Below, one piece after another: positions 1 through 9,615 of a DNA stretch of 64,000 nucleotides. This DNA is from an uncultured Eubacteriales bacterium (GTDB taxonomy: Bacteria; Bacillota; Clostridia; Oscillospirales; CAG-272), in contig CAKRYT010000001.1 in assembly GCA_934432675.1 (NCBI GenBank), positions 112,874 through 176,873 on the forward strand. Reading direction: 5' to 3'. The position numbers and the translations under genes were made by a program. Position 1 is the first letter of the stretch; every line of letters begins with the position of its first letter. Below the pieces are notes generated by a model. It was not told the origin of the DNA and did no database searches. It saw only the letters and a list, made by a program, of their open reading frames with translations.

Positions 1-1179
1 ATCACTGCGAATCTCTATGATAACGGCGGGTTAGGTTACAATGCCAAAGTGATACATACCTCTCTTGATGAGGAAAGTATCCTGCACAGGACGGATGAAG
101 GCTATTTGTTCTGCGTGCAGGGTGATCTTGTATGGCTAATGGGATATAACGGTAAAGATACCTCCACGACTCTGCCGGGTCGTTATGACGGTAAGACGTA
201 TGAAATTTATCCATATGCATTCTTCGGCTGCAACGGTTTGACCTCAATTACCATCCCTAATGGCGTGACAAGCATCGGGTGGTGCGCGTTTTCCAATTGC
301 GCGGGTCTAACTTCGGTCACCATCGGGAACAGCGTTACGAATATTGAGAACTATGCATTCTCCGATTGCACGGGCTTGACCTCTATCACCATTCCGAACA
401 GCTTGACGAGCATCGGGGATGAGGCGTTTTGCCGTTGCTGCAAGTTGGTTGAAGTCTACAATCTCTCAAATCTGTCCATTGAGGCTGGTTCGTATGGTAA
501 CGGCTACGTAGGTTACTATGCCGAAGCGGTACATACCTCTCTTGATGAGAAAAGTATCCTGCATAGGACGGATGACGGCTATGTTTTCTGTGTAGTGGGT
601 GAGGATGTATGGCTGATTGGCTATACCGGTACAGATACCCTTCTGAACCTTCCGGGGTCATACGACGGCAGGAAGTATGACATGTATGATTACGCACTCG
701 CCAATTGCATCGGCTTGACCTCTGTTGTCATCCCGAACAGCGTGACGAGCATCGGGGATGGGGTGTTCTCCGATTGCACGGGTTTGACCTCTGTCACCAT
801 CCCGAACAGCGTGACGAGCATCGGGGGGTGGGCGTTCTTCGGTTGCACGTGTCTGACCTCCATCACCATCCCGGGTGGTGTGACGAGTATCGGGAAGTAT
901 GCGTTCTACTGTTGTGTGAATCTGACCTCGATTACCATCCCGGACAGTGTGACAAGTATTGATGATGCGGCATTTGCCGGATGCACGGGTTTGACCTCTG
1001 TCACCATTCCGGACAGCGTGACGGGCATCGAGCAGGCTGCGTTCTCTGGTTGCACGCGCCTTACGAGTATTCAATACAACGGGACTAAGAAACAATGGGA
1101 AACTATTTTTAAGTGGTATAATTGGTCAAGCAATACCGGCGACTTTGTCGTGCATTGCTCCGACGGGGACATAAACTAA
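1..1179 (+). CDS. BspA/TpLRR-type leucine-rich-repeat surface protein, 5' end cut by the window edge
   Basis: There are many ~23-aa repeats of the form 'C.GLTS(I/V)TIPNSVTSIG..AF..'. The frame stays open back to nt 1 (ITANLYDNGGLGYNAKVIHTSLDEE), and that stretch is homologous to the internal module boundary 'EAGSYGNGYVGYYAEAVHTSLDEK'. The GTG at 49 is therefore not the true start. Confidence 0.8.
   Translation: MTANLYDNGGLGYNAKVIHTSLDEESILHRTDEGYLFCVQGDLVWLMGYNGKDTSTTLPGRYDGKTYEIYPYAFFGCNGLTSITIPNGVTSIGWCAFSNCAGLTSVTIGNSVTNIENYAFSDCTGLTSITIPNSLTSIGDEAFCRCCKLVEVYNLSNLSIEAGSYGNGYVGYYAEAVHTSLDEKSILHRTDDGYVFCVVGEDVWLIGYTGTDTLLNLPGSYDGRKYDMYDYALANCIGLTSVVIPNSVTSIGDGVFSDCTGLTSVTIPNSVTSIGGWAFFGCTCLTSITIPGGVTSIGKYAFYCCVNLTSITIPDSVTSIDDAAFAGCTGLTSVTIPDSVTGIEQAAFSGCTRLTSIQYNGTKKQWETIFKWYNWSSNTGDFVVHCSDGDIN
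229..1080 (+). repeat. Coding tandem repeats: ~69-nt LRR units nested inside two ~480-nt higher-order modules
   Basis: Near-identical DNA strings such as 'ggcttgacctct.t.accat.ccgaacagc.tgacgagcatcgggg' recur at about 374, 712, 781 and 990. The module beginning at 52 (catacctctcttgatgaggaaagtatcctgca) is repeated at 532. Confidence 0.75.
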
Positions 1180-1222
1180 TCCGACGCTTGATCATTCCGC
1201 ATCACTCCTTCATTCAACGCGA

Positions 1223-1254
1223 CCCCGCACCGAAAATCGGTGCGGGGTATTTTT
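1223..1254 (+). terminator. Rho-independent terminator after the LRR gene
   Basis: Stem ccccgcaccg / cggtgcgggg with loop aaaat, followed by tattttt. Confidence 0.8.
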
Positions 1255-1306
1255 CGTAGTCCCTGACCGTATATTGTAGCAATGATAAGATGGGGGGACG
1301 GGCGTT

Positions 1307-3943
1307 TTGCAGACTGTCGGGACGGTGGAAGAGCGGGGGCTCGGAGAGGCGGAGGTCGCGGCATCCCGCGAGAAGTACGGGGCAAATGTCCTCGTGACGC
1401 GCAAGAGGCGCAGTTTCTTTCGGGAACTGCTCGGTAACTTCGGTGACCCGATCATCCGGGTGCTCCTGATCGCGCTCGCCGTGAACGTCATCGTGTTGTT
1501 CCGCGAGATCAACTGGTTTGAGACGGGCGGGATCCTGCTCGCCGTTTTTCTGTCTACCTTTGTCTCGACCGTCTCCGAGTGGGGAAGTGCCCGCGCGTTT
1601 GAGCGACTGCGTGAGGGGTCCGGTACGCTTTGCCGCGTGCGCCGGTGCGGAGAGACGCGGGAGATCCCGGCGGAGGAACTGGTCGTCGGGGACGTCATGC
1701 TCCTCGGTGCCGGGGAGATGGTACAGGCGGATGCGCGGCTCCTCTCCGGGGAGATCGCGGTGGACCAGTCGGCACTCAACGGCGAGGGGGCGGAGGTGAC
1801 GAAGTACCCGGGCGGCCGCGGCAACTGGGACCTCGCCTCGCCGGGGGCGGTGTTCCGCGGGAGCCTCGTCTCCTCGGGTGCGGCGTGCGTGCGTGTCGCG
1901 CGCGTCGGTGCGGATACGCTCTACGGGTCCCTCGCGACGGAGTTGCAGGCAGAGGTGCGCGAGAGCCCCCTGAAACTGCGCCTCGCGCACCTCGCAGGGC
2001 AGATCAGCCGCATCGGGTATATCATGGCGGCACTGGTCGCGCTCGCGTACCTTTTCAATGCCTTTGTGCTCTCCGCCGGTTTTGACCGCGCGGAAATACT
2101 CCTGCGCCTCACAGACGGCAGGTACGTCTTCAAGACCCTGATGCACGTCGTGACCCTCGTCATCACCGTCATCGTGGTGGCGGTGCCGGAGGGGCTCCCC
2201 ATGATGATCACCGTTGTGCTCTCCTCCAACATGAAACGGATGCTGAAAAACGGCGTGCTCGTGCGGAAGATGGTCGGTATTGAGACGGCGGGGAGCATGA
2301 ACATTCTGTTCACCGATAAAACGGGCACCCTCACAGAGGGGAAAATGAGCGTCATCGGCGTCGTCAGCGGAGATACGGTGCTCTATAAGACCCCGAGGGC
2401 TCTCACGACGTCCCCCGCGCTCTTGAACGCCCTCACGGCGTGCGTGATGGGGAACAGTGACAGTGCCATGACCGAGGCGGGTCCCGTCGGCGGCAACGCG
2501 ACGGACCGGGCGTGCCTTTCTTTCTTCTTTGATCCGGCGATGACCCTGCCGCAGGTGCGGGGGCGTCTGCCGTTTTCGAGCGAGCGCAAATACGCCGCGA
2601 CGGCGACGGCGGACGGCATCCTTTGCAAGGGGGCACCGGAGGTGCTGCTCCCGCGGGTCGTCTCCCGCATGACGGCGGACGGCAGCGTGCGCCCCATGAG
2701 CCAAAGGGATAAACAACGCTTTGAATACGAACTGCACAAGTCCGCCGTGCGGGGGGAGCGGCTATTGCTCCTCTGCCGGGGGGATGCCGGTTTCGGGGAC
2801 CTCGCCGCCCTGCCGCCCTTGACACTGCTCGGTGCCGTGATCCTGCGCGATCGGGTGCGGAAAGAGGCACCGGACGCGGTCGGACAGTTGCGGCGCGCAG
2901 GGGTGCGCGTGGTGATGGTGACGGGAGATGCACGGGAGACGGCAGTCGCCATCGCGCGGGAGTCGGGGATCTTCTGCGAGGGGGAGGGGACCGTCCTCGG
3001 CGGGGATGAACTCGCCGCCCTCACGGATGAAGAACTTTCCGACCGCCTCGGGCATCTCGCCGTCGTGTATCGCGCGCTTCCGGGGGATAAGTCGCGCCTC
3101 GTCCGTGCCGCGCAGATGCGCGGGCTCGTCGCCGGGATGACGGGGGACGGCGTGAACGACGCCCCCTCTCTCAAACTCGCCGACGTCGGTTTCGCTATGG
3201 GGAGCGGGACGGATATTGCCCGCGAGGCGGGGGACATCGTCATTCTGGATGACAATATTGCCTCCATCGCCAGAACGGTCCTGTACGGTCGCACTATTTT
3301 TAAGTCCATTCGCAAATTTATCACCTTCCAGCTCACGATGAATCTCTGCGCCGTCGGCGTATCGCTCTTCGGGCAGTTCATCGGGATTGAGAGTCCCGTG
3401 ACCATCTTGCAGATGCTCTGGGTCAACATCATCATGGATACGCTCGGCGGTCTTGCCTTCGCCGGGGAGCCCCCGCTCGCCATGTACATGCGCGAAAAGC
3501 CGAAGAAACGGGAGGAGCGTATTCTCTCCGGTGCCATGGTGCACCAGATCGCCGTCACGGGGAGTTATACGCTCGGCGTGTGCGCGTGGTATCTTGCCTC
3601 GCCCACCACGGCGCAGATCTTTCATCGCGACACGAGCGAGGTGTATTTCCTGACGCTGTTCTTTGCATTGTTCATTTTCTGCGGGATCGCAAACTGCTTT
3701 GCCGCGCGGAGCGAGCGGATGAATCTCTTTTCGTCCATCGGCCGCAACAAGCCGTTTATGTTCATCATGAGTTTCATTCTGTGTGTTCAGCTCGCGATGC
3801 TGTATTTCGGTGGGGAGTTGTTCCGTACCGTCCCGCCCTCTGCGGGGGACCTCGCGCTGGTCGCGCTCCTTGCCATGACGGTATTGCCCGTGGACTTTAT
3901 CAGGCGTTGTTTCTTCCGTCTGCATCGCCGGGAGGATCGGTAA
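1307..3943 (+). CDS. P-type (P2, Ca2+-type) cation-transporting ATPase
   Basis: Motifs seen: DKTGTLT phosphorylation motif, VAVPEGLP (TM4 PEGL), TGDGVNDAPSLK hinge, and multiple C-terminal TM segments. The start is apparently a TTG preceded by a G-rich SD. Confidence 0.9.
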   Translation: MQTVGTVEERGLGEAEVAASREKYGANVLVTRKRRSFFRELLGNFGDPIIRVLLIALAVNVIVLFREINWFETGGILLAVFLSTFVSTVSEWGSARAFERLREGSGTLCRVRRCGETREIPAEELVVGDVMLLGAGEMVQADARLLSGEIAVDQSALNGEGAEVTKYPGGRGNWDLASPGAVFRGSLVSSGAACVRVARVGADTLYGSLATELQAEVRESPLKLRLAHLAGQISRIGYIMAALVALAYLFNAFVLSAGFDRAEILLRLTDGRYVFKTLMHVVTLVITVIVVAVPEGLPMMITVVLSSNMKRMLKNGVLVRKMVGIETAGSMNILFTDKTGTLTEGKMSVIGVVSGDTVLYKTPRALTTSPALLNALTACVMGNSDSAMTEAGPVGGNATDRACLSFFFDPAMTLPQVRGRLPFSSERKYAATATADGILCKGAPEVLLPRVVSRMTADGSVRPMSQRDKQRFEYELHKSAVRGERLLLLCRGDAGFGDLAALPPLTLLGAVILRDRVRKEAPDAVGQLRRAGVRVVMVTGDARETAVAIARESGIFCEGEGTVLGGDELAALTDEELSDRLGHLAVVYRALPGDKSRLVRAAQMRGLVAGMTGDGVNDAPSLKLADVGFAMGSGTDIAREAGDIVILDDNIASIARTVLYGRTIFKSIRKFITFQLTMNLCAVGVSLFGQFIGIESPVTILQMLWVNIIMDTLGGLAFAGEPPLAMYMREKPKKREERILSGAMVHQIAVTGSYTLGVCAWYLASPTTAQIFHRDTSEVYFLTLFFALFIFCGIANCFAARSERMNLFSSIGRNKPFMFIMSFILCVQLAMLYFGGELFRTVPPSAGDLALVALLAMTVLPVDFIRRCFFRLHRREDR

Positions 3944-4038
3944 CCCCAAAAACTATTTTCGCACGATTCCGACATTTTCTTTACTTTTAGTACATTATGT
4001 GCTACAATATTAGTACAGAAACGGAACCGGAGGAAATC

Positions 4039-4872
4039 ATGGGGCACAGATTCGTATTCGGAGCATCGGAGAAGTCGGGCACAGGGACGCTTTTGCACGC
4101 AGAGCGGCATGAAGGGTGTATGGAACTCCTGTTCGTGCGCCGCGGCACCGTCACGGTGCAGACGGCGATGTGTTGTTTCTCCGCCACGGAGGGGGAACTT
4201 TGTTTCCTCGCCCCGGATATGGTGCGTATCGTCACGGCGGAGGGGCCGATCGGTGCCACGGTCGGCAGTATCTATTTTGACACCGAGTTTTTGGAGGATC
4301 TCCCGGAGAGCATCGACCGCGACCTTTTCTATATGTTCCTCATGCAGTCCCGCACGCGGGAAAACCGCTATACGCCGGATGCGCCGTTATACGACGCCCT
4401 CGTCACTACCTTTGAGACCTGTTACGAGGAGTATGTTACGCGGGATCTCTGCTATACTCTCCGTATCCGTGCACAGATCGATTACATGATGGCACAGGTG
4501 ATCGCCTCTTACAGCACGACGCGCGAGAACGATCGCGTCATCTACCACAACGTCCTGCGCCTGCGCGACAGCCTGAATTACATTGACACGCATTATCGGG
4601 AGAAAATGTCCGTCCCCACGCTCGCGGAGTATCTGCGGGTCACCCCGGATTACTATACCAAACTGTTCCGCGACAGCATCGGGAAGACGACGGTCGATTA
4701 TATCAACTCGGTGCGGATCAATCGGGGGATGATCCTGCTCTTGGAGGCGGATCTGCCGGTGTCCGAGGTCGCGGAGGCAGTCGGGCTCGCGAGCGGCAAT
4801 TATTTCAGTAAGTTGTTCCGTACGACCCTCGGCATCACCCCGCTCCTCTTCCGTCGGGAGAACAGACCATGA
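4039..4872 (+). CDS. AraC family transcriptional regulator (cupin N-domain plus C-terminal AraC HTH)
   Basis: The C-terminal ~100 aa is typical of an AraC HTH (..SVPTLAEYLRVTPDYYTKLFR...NYFSKLFRTTLGITP). I chose the ATG at 4039 (SD ggagga at 4029-4034) over the ORF-track start at 3997, because that start lies inside the predicted promoter. Confidence 0.8.
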   Translation: MGHRFVFGASEKSGTGTLLHAERHEGCMELLFVRRGTVTVQTAMCCFSATEGELCFLAPDMVRIVTAEGPIGATVGSIYFDTEFLEDLPESIDRDLFYMFLMQSRTRENRYTPDAPLYDALVTTFETCYEEYVTRDLCYTLRIRAQIDYMMAQVIASYSTTRENDRVIYHNVLRLRDSLNYIDTHYREKMSVPTLAEYLRVTPDYYTKLFRDSIGKTTVDYINSVRINRGMILLLEADLPVSEVAEAVGLASGNYFSKLFRTTLGITPLLFRRENRP

Positions 4873-5033
4873 CGCCATCGCATCGGTGCAACCAAAGACT
4901 TTCGGTGCGCGACAAACGGCTTTCGGGCATAACAAAAGACTTTCTGGCGTGATCTGTGATTCCCGGGCGTGACCGGAGGGCCGTTATCAAAAAACCGATG
5001 CCCTGCAAACGGCGGTTTGAGACCGAAAAAGAC

Positions 5034-5064
5034 AGCCGGGACGCGTTTTGCGTCCCGGCTTTTG
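5034..5064. terminator. Bidirectional terminator between the convergent araC-like gene and clpX
   Basis: Stem agccgggacgc / gcgtcccggct with loop gtttt, flanked by an A-run upstream and a T-run downstream. Confidence 0.8.
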
Positions 5065-5105
5065 TGTTGCCGTTGCTTTTTTCGCTGTGACGATAGGCAA
5101 GGGGA

Positions 5106-6434
5106 TCAGTCGCCCTTTTTCTCCACGATGAGGTCGCCCTTGCCGCACACGTAATCGGCGGTCACGATGACGCGTTTGACGTCGCCGCGGGAGGGGATGT
5201 CGTACATCGGGTCGAGCATGATGGACTCCATGATGGAGCGCAGGCCGCGCGCGCCGGTCTCCCGTTCAATGGCGAGGTGCGCGACCGCACGGTAAGCGTC
5301 TTCCTCAAAGACGAGTTCGACGCCCTCCATCTCAAAGAGTTTCTGATACTGCTTGACGAGTGCGTTCTTCGGCTCGCGCAGGATGCGTACGAGTGCCTCT
5401 TCGTCCAGGTTGTCGAGCGTCGTGATGACGGGGAGACGACCGACGAGTTCGGGGATGAGCCCGTACTTGACGATATCGTGTGCCGTTACGTCGGAATAAG
5501 TGCCCTTCGCGAGGCGTTCGCTCTTGGTCTTGATCTCTCCCGCAAAGCCGATGGTCTTCTGCCCGCGGCGTTGTTCGATGATCTGCTCCAAGCCGTCGAA
5601 GGCACCGCCGCAGATGAAGAGGATGTTTTCGGTGTGGATCTGGATAAATTCCTGGTTGGGATGCTTTCTGCCGCCCTGCGGGGGGACGTTGGCAACCGTG
5701 CCCTCAATGATTTTGAGGAGGGCTTGCTGGACACCCTCACCGGAGACGTCCCGGGTGATGGAGCGATTTTCGCTGCGGCGGGAGATCTTGTCGATCTCAT
5801 CGATGTAGATGATGCCGCGTTCTGCCCGTTCCACGTCGAAGTCGGCGGCTTGGATGAGGCGCAGCAAAATGTTCTCCACATCCTCGCCGACGTAGCCGGC
5901 CTCCGTCAGGGTCGTGGCGTCCGCAATGGCGAACGGGACACGGAAGGAACGTGCCAGCGTCTGCGCGAGATAAGTCTTACCGACACCGGTAGGACCCAGC
6001 AGGAGCACGTTCGATTTTTGGAGTTCGACGTCGTCGTCCTGCGGTTTGTCGGCGACGGTCTCGGCGGGGTTTCCTTCATTGTTACGCTCGCGCGTTTTCT
6101 TGCGCTGTTCCTTCTGGTCGAGGCGCAAAATCCGCTTGTAGTGGTTGTAGACGGCGACCGAGAGGACACGCTTGGCGGCGTCCTGCCCGATGACGTGCTC
6201 GTCGAGCATTTTCTTGATTTCCTGCGGCTTCGGCAGATTTTCCGCCGTGAGCGGCTCTACTGCCTCGCCCTTGGACTCCGCGTCCGCCCGATTGAGCAGA
6301 TCCTCACAGGCGTCCACGCAGTCGTCACAGATATAGATGCCGGTGGGGGAGGGGATGAGGCACAGTACCTGGTGCTCCGTCCTGCCGCAGAAGGCACAAC
6401 GGCGCACATCGCCGTTCTTACCGAATGTTGGCAT
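5106..6434 (-). CDS. clpX: ATP-dependent Clp protease ATP-binding subunit ClpX
   Basis: N-terminal zinc ribbon CAFCG..CDDC, Walker A GPTGVGKT, and full-length similarity to ClpX. Confidence 0.97.
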   Translation of the reverse strand: MPTFGKNGDVRRCAFCGRTEHQVLCLIPSPTGIYICDDCVDACEDLLNRADAESKGEAVEPLTAENLPKPQEIKKMLDEHVIGQDAAKRVLSVAVYNHYKRILRLDQKEQRKKTRERNNEGNPAETVADKPQDDDVELQKSNVLLLGPTGVGKTYLAQTLARSFRVPFAIADATTLTEAGYVGEDVENILLRLIQAADFDVERAERGIIYIDEIDKISRRSENRSITRDVSGEGVQQALLKIIEGTVANVPPQGGRKHPNQEFIQIHTENILFICGGAFDGLEQIIEQRRGQKTIGFAGEIKTKSERLAKGTYSDVTAHDIVKYGLIPELVGRLPVITTLDNLDEEALVRILREPKNALVKQYQKLFEMEGVELVFEEDAYRAVAHLAIERETGARGLRSIMESIMLDPMYDIPSRGDVKRVIVTADYVCGKGDLIVEKKGD

Positions 6435-6505
6435 AGTCGTCAGTGTTCCTTTCTTTTAAGAGAGGGGGACCGCCGCACGGCGTGTGCGACAGTCCCCGGT
6501 GACTT

Positions 6506-7090
6506 TCAGGCGCGCTTTTCCACGACTTTATCAACAAGACCGTATTCGAGGGCCTGTTGTGCCGTCAGGAAATTATCGCGCTCGGTGTCGCGGCAGATCT
6601 CCTCGTAGGGTCTGCCCGTTTGCTCGGAGAGGAGGCGGTTCATTCTTTCACGGATGCGAATGATGTGTTCCGCATGGATCTTGATATCCGTCGCCTGTCC
6701 CTGGGCACCGCCGAGGGGCTGGTGGATCATAATCTCACTGTTCGGGAGGGCGAGACGCTTACCGGGTGTACCGGAGGAAAGCAGGAATGCCGCCATACTC
6801 GCCGCCATACCGAGGCAGATGGTCGATACGTCGCACTTGATGAAGTGCATGGTATCATAGATTGCCATGCCGGCGGAAATGGAGCCGCCGGGGCTGTTGA
6901 TATAGAAGTTGATATCCTTATCGGGATCCTGTGCTTCCAGGTACAACATCTGGGCGACGACGAGAGATGCCGTTGTGTCATTGACCTCGTCGGCAAGGAA
7001 AACAATGCGGTCGTTGAGCAGGCGCGAGAAAATGTCGTAGGAGCGTTCTCCGCGGCTGGTCTGTTCGACAACCATTGGGACAAGTGCCAT
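6506..7090 (-). CDS. clpP: ATP-dependent Clp protease proteolytic subunit ClpP
   Basis: Motifs [22 protein letters not shown] (catalytic Ser) and IMIHQP (His). Confidence 0.97.
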   Translation of the reverse strand: MALVPMVVEQTSRGERSYDIFSRLLNDRIVFLADEVNDTTASLVVAQMLYLEAQDPDKDINFYINSPGGSISAGMAIYDTMHFIKCDVSTICLGMAASMAAFLLSSGTPGKRLALPNSEIMIHQPLGGAQGQATDIKIHAEHIIRIRERMNRLLSEQTGRPYEEICRDTERDNFLTAQQALEYGLVDKVVEKRA

Positions 7091-7161
7091 ATTCGTTCCT
7101 CCTTTTGTTCATGGGCGGGTGGATGATACGGGTAGCGCGGGGGAGACCCCCGCGCTTGCGA

Positions 7162-8481
7162 TTACTGTTCCTGGGTTTCGGCGGCCTTTGCCTTGGCGGG
7201 TGCCTTGGTGACGGCCTTGGACTTGACGAAATCCATCGCCGCCTTGACGAGCATATCTTTTTCGATATCCTCGCGCGCCACCATCGACTTCACCTGCTCC
7301 ACGGGCACATTGTATGCAGTCGAGATGCGGGTATATTCGGCTTCGATGGCGTCATCGGCAACGGTGAGTGCCTCCTGCCGCGCGATGGTTTCGAGGGCGA
7401 GGCGGAGTTTTACCTGCTTTTCTGCCTGCGGACGGAGTTGTTTACGCAGGTCGTCAAGCGTCATATGCGTATATTGCAGATAGGTTTTGAGGTCGAGACC
7501 GTTCATACGCAGGCGGTTATCCTGGTCGCGCACAAAGTTCTCGGTCTCCTGCACGTACATGGCCTCCGGGATCTCGTCGGGGACGAGCGCGATGAGTGCC
7601 TCGCAGAGTTTCTGCTCCACTTCGTCATCGGCGGCCTTCGCGTTCTTTTCTTGGAGTTTTGCCTTAACGTCGGCTTTATATTCTTCCAGCGTATCAAATT
7701 CGGAAATATCTTTTGCGAATTCGTCGTCGAGTGCAGGGAGTTCCTCGGTCGAAATGCCGTTCAGCTTGCAGTGGAACACGGCGGCTTTGCCCGCGAGTTC
7801 CTCGGCGTGATAGTCAGCCGGGAAGGTGACGTTGACGTCGAACTCCGTGCCGATCTCTTTGCCGACCACCTGGTCCTCAAAGCCGGGGATGAACTGCCCG
7901 CTGCCGAGTTTCAGGCTCTGACCTGCCGCGGTGCCGCCGTCGAATGCGACGCCGTCCACCGTGCCGGCATAGTCAATGTTGACGGTGTCGCCGTTTGCGG
8001 CGGCACGGTCGGTGATCTCAACGGTGCGGGCGTTGCGCTTACGCACGCGTTCGAGTTCTTCGTCGATATCCTTTTTCAGGACGCGCTTGACCTTCTTCTC
8101 GGCCTTGATGCCGGTATAGCCGGTCAGTTCAAACACGGGCTTGACACCGATCTTGGCTTTGAAAACGACACCGTCCTCGGCGGAAACGGAGACCACCTCA
8201 AACTCGGGGTGACCGACGGGTTCGAGTTCAGCCTCTTTCACCGCTGCCTCGTAAGCATCGGGGAGGACGTCGTTGAAGGCATCATCGTAGAAGACCTCTT
8301 TACCGTAAAGACGCTCGATGATGTGACGAGGTGCTTTGCCGGGGCGGAAGCCGTCGATCCTGATTTTCTTCACGTTCTTCTTGTATGCACGATCCACGGC
8401 GGCGGCAAAGGCAGCCGCATCAACGGTGAATTCGATCTCATACTGATTCTTTTCGGTCAGTTCCTTTTTGGAAAGACTCAT
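7162..8481 (-). CDS. tig: Trigger factor
   Basis: N-terminal GFRPGKAP ribosome-binding signature, an FKBP-like middle domain, and the tig-clpP-clpX synteny. Confidence 0.95.
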   Translation of the reverse strand: MSLSKKELTEKNQYEIEFTVDAAAFAAAVDRAYKKNVKKIRIDGFRPGKAPRHIIERLYGKEVFYDDAFNDVLPDAYEAAVKEAELEPVGHPEFEVVSVSAEDGVVFKAKIGVKPVFELTGYTGIKAEKKVKRVLKKDIDEELERVRKRNARTVEITDRAAANGDTVNIDYAGTVDGVAFDGGTAAGQSLKLGSGQFIPGFEDQVVGKEIGTEFDVNVTFPADYHAEELAGKAAVFHCKLNGISTEELPALDDEFAKDISEFDTLEEYKADVKAKLQEKNAKAADDEVEQKLCEALIALVPDEIPEAMYVQETENFVRDQDNRLRMNGLDLKTYLQYTHMTLDDLRKQLRPQAEKQVKLRLALETIARQEALTVADDAIEAEYTRISTAYNVPVEQVKSMVAREDIEKDMLVKAAMDFVKSKAVTKAPAKAKAAETQEQ

Positions 8482-8533
8482 AGGGTTTGATACCTCCGTG
8501 TGGTTTGTAAGTTCATTTTTGCATAGCCAAACT

Positions 8534-8562
8534 ATTTTATAAAATTATAAATAATAAGTCAA
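8534..8562 (-). promoter_or_regulatory. Sigma-A type promoter for tig
   Basis: The minus strand reads TTGACT, a 17-nt spacer, then TAAAAT, in an AT-rich island about 50 nt upstream of the tig start. Confidence 0.6.
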
Positions 8563-8617
8563 TACTTTGTCCGCAAATTTTTCTGTTTTCCCGGGACTGT
8601 GTCCGTTTTTCGGGCAT

Positions 8618-9343
8618 TCAGGGCTCGGAGGGGATCCGATAGGGCGTAAAATCCAGTGCATCAGCGGCCGTGAGACAATAGGTAATATCGCCCTCGCGGA
8701 TCTTGCGTGCACCCGTCACGCCGTGAATATGCCCGAAGTAACAGCGTCGCACGCCTTCCCGCGCAAGCGGCTCTGTGAGGGCGGGGCAGACCGCCCCGTT
8801 CCAGACGGGCGGGTAGTGGAAAAAGGCGATGATCTCGCATTCCGGTGTCTCCTCACGGAGCCGCCGTGCGGCGGCGAGGCTCATTTCCAGCCGCAGAGCC
8901 TCGCGGGTGAGGATCTTCTGCTGTTCCGCGTCGCTTTTCCCGGGCGTGTCTCCCCAGAGCCAGCCGCGGGTCCCTGCGAGGATCTTGTCCTCCGCACGAC
9001 AGGCGTCGTGATAGAGAAAAGTCAGTGTCGTAAAGCCGTTCTTTGCACAGAATTCCTCCATTTTTTTCATAGACGACCACCAAAAGTCGTGGTTGCCTTT
9101 CATGAGGATTTTCTTGCCCGGCAGACGATGGAGGAGAGCCAGATCTTCGTGCGCTTCATCCAGCGTGAGTGCCCAGGAGATATCTCCCGGGACGATGACG
9201 GTGTCTTCCGGTGTGACGAGGTGCGACCAGTTGCGGCAGAGCCGCTCGGTGTAGCCCGCCCAACGGTTGCCGAACACCTCCATGGATTTGTCGATCCCGT
9301 CCCCGCAGGACAGGTGCGGATCCGCGATTACGTAAAGTGCCAT
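8618..9343 (-). CDS. Metallophosphoesterase family protein
   Basis: Calcineurin-like motifs DPHLS, GDISW, GNHDFW and GHIHG. Confidence 0.85.
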   Translation of the reverse strand: MALYVIADPHLSCGDGIDKSMEVFGNRWAGYTERLCRNWSHLVTPEDTVIVPGDISWALTLDEAHEDLALLHRLPGKKILMKGNHDFWWSSMKKMEEFCAKNGFTTLTFLYHDACRAEDKILAGTRGWLWGDTPGKSDAEQQKILTREALRLEMSLAAARRLREETPECEIIAFFHYPPVWNGAVCPALTEPLAREGVRRCYFGHIHGVTGARKIREGDITYCLTAADALDFTPYRIPSEP

Positions 9344-9432
9344 ACAGTCTCCGTGTTCAGGTGTAAAAGGTGCATTTTCCGCGCATACTGTTACGGGTGA
9401 AAGCCCGAAATTTTATTTTGCGGAGGCATCCC

Positions 9433-9615
9433 ATGAAAGAAGATAACAAGTGCGGTTGCAAACACATCAAAGGCATCGTTTGCAGTGTGGAAAAGTGCGT
9501 GTATCATGATACCGCGAACGAATGCACGGCACCGGAGATCGCTGTCGGACCTACGTCCGCGTGCTGCTCGTCCGAGACGCTGTGCGTGACTTTCCGTCCC
9601 AAAACCGAGGGTTAA
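9433..9615 (+). CDS. DUF1540 domain-containing small Cys-rich protein
   Basis: Sequence MKEDNKCGCKHIKGIVCSVEKCVYHD..ECTAPEIAV....CCSSETLCVTF. I placed the start at the internal ATG at 9433, in the frame of ORF 9370-9615. Confidence 0.7.
   Translation: MKEDNKCGCKHIKGIVCSVEKCVYHDTANECTAPEIAVGPTSACCSSETLCVTFRPKTEG

Noticed and set aside
229-1080. Regularly spaced ~69-nt repeats, considered as a possible CRISPR-like array
   Set aside because: The repeats are in-frame coding LRR units with no unique spacers between them. No cas genes or leader are present.
1214-3949. Long minus-strand ORFs (507, 391 and 395 aa) across the P-type ATPase
   Set aside because: All are antisense to a motif-rich ATPase gene. 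The Arg/Pro/Gly-rich translations carry no motifs.
5277-6608. 443-aa plus-strand ORF
   Set aside because: It is antisense to clpX and the start of clpP, with no recognisable domain. This is a high-GC antisense artefact.
7075-8490. 471-aa plus-strand ORF
   Set aside because: It is fully antisense to trigger factor. The translation is low-complexity (Gly/Arg/Val/His-rich), as is typical for shadow ORFs in high-GC DNA, and it has no SD or recognisable motif.
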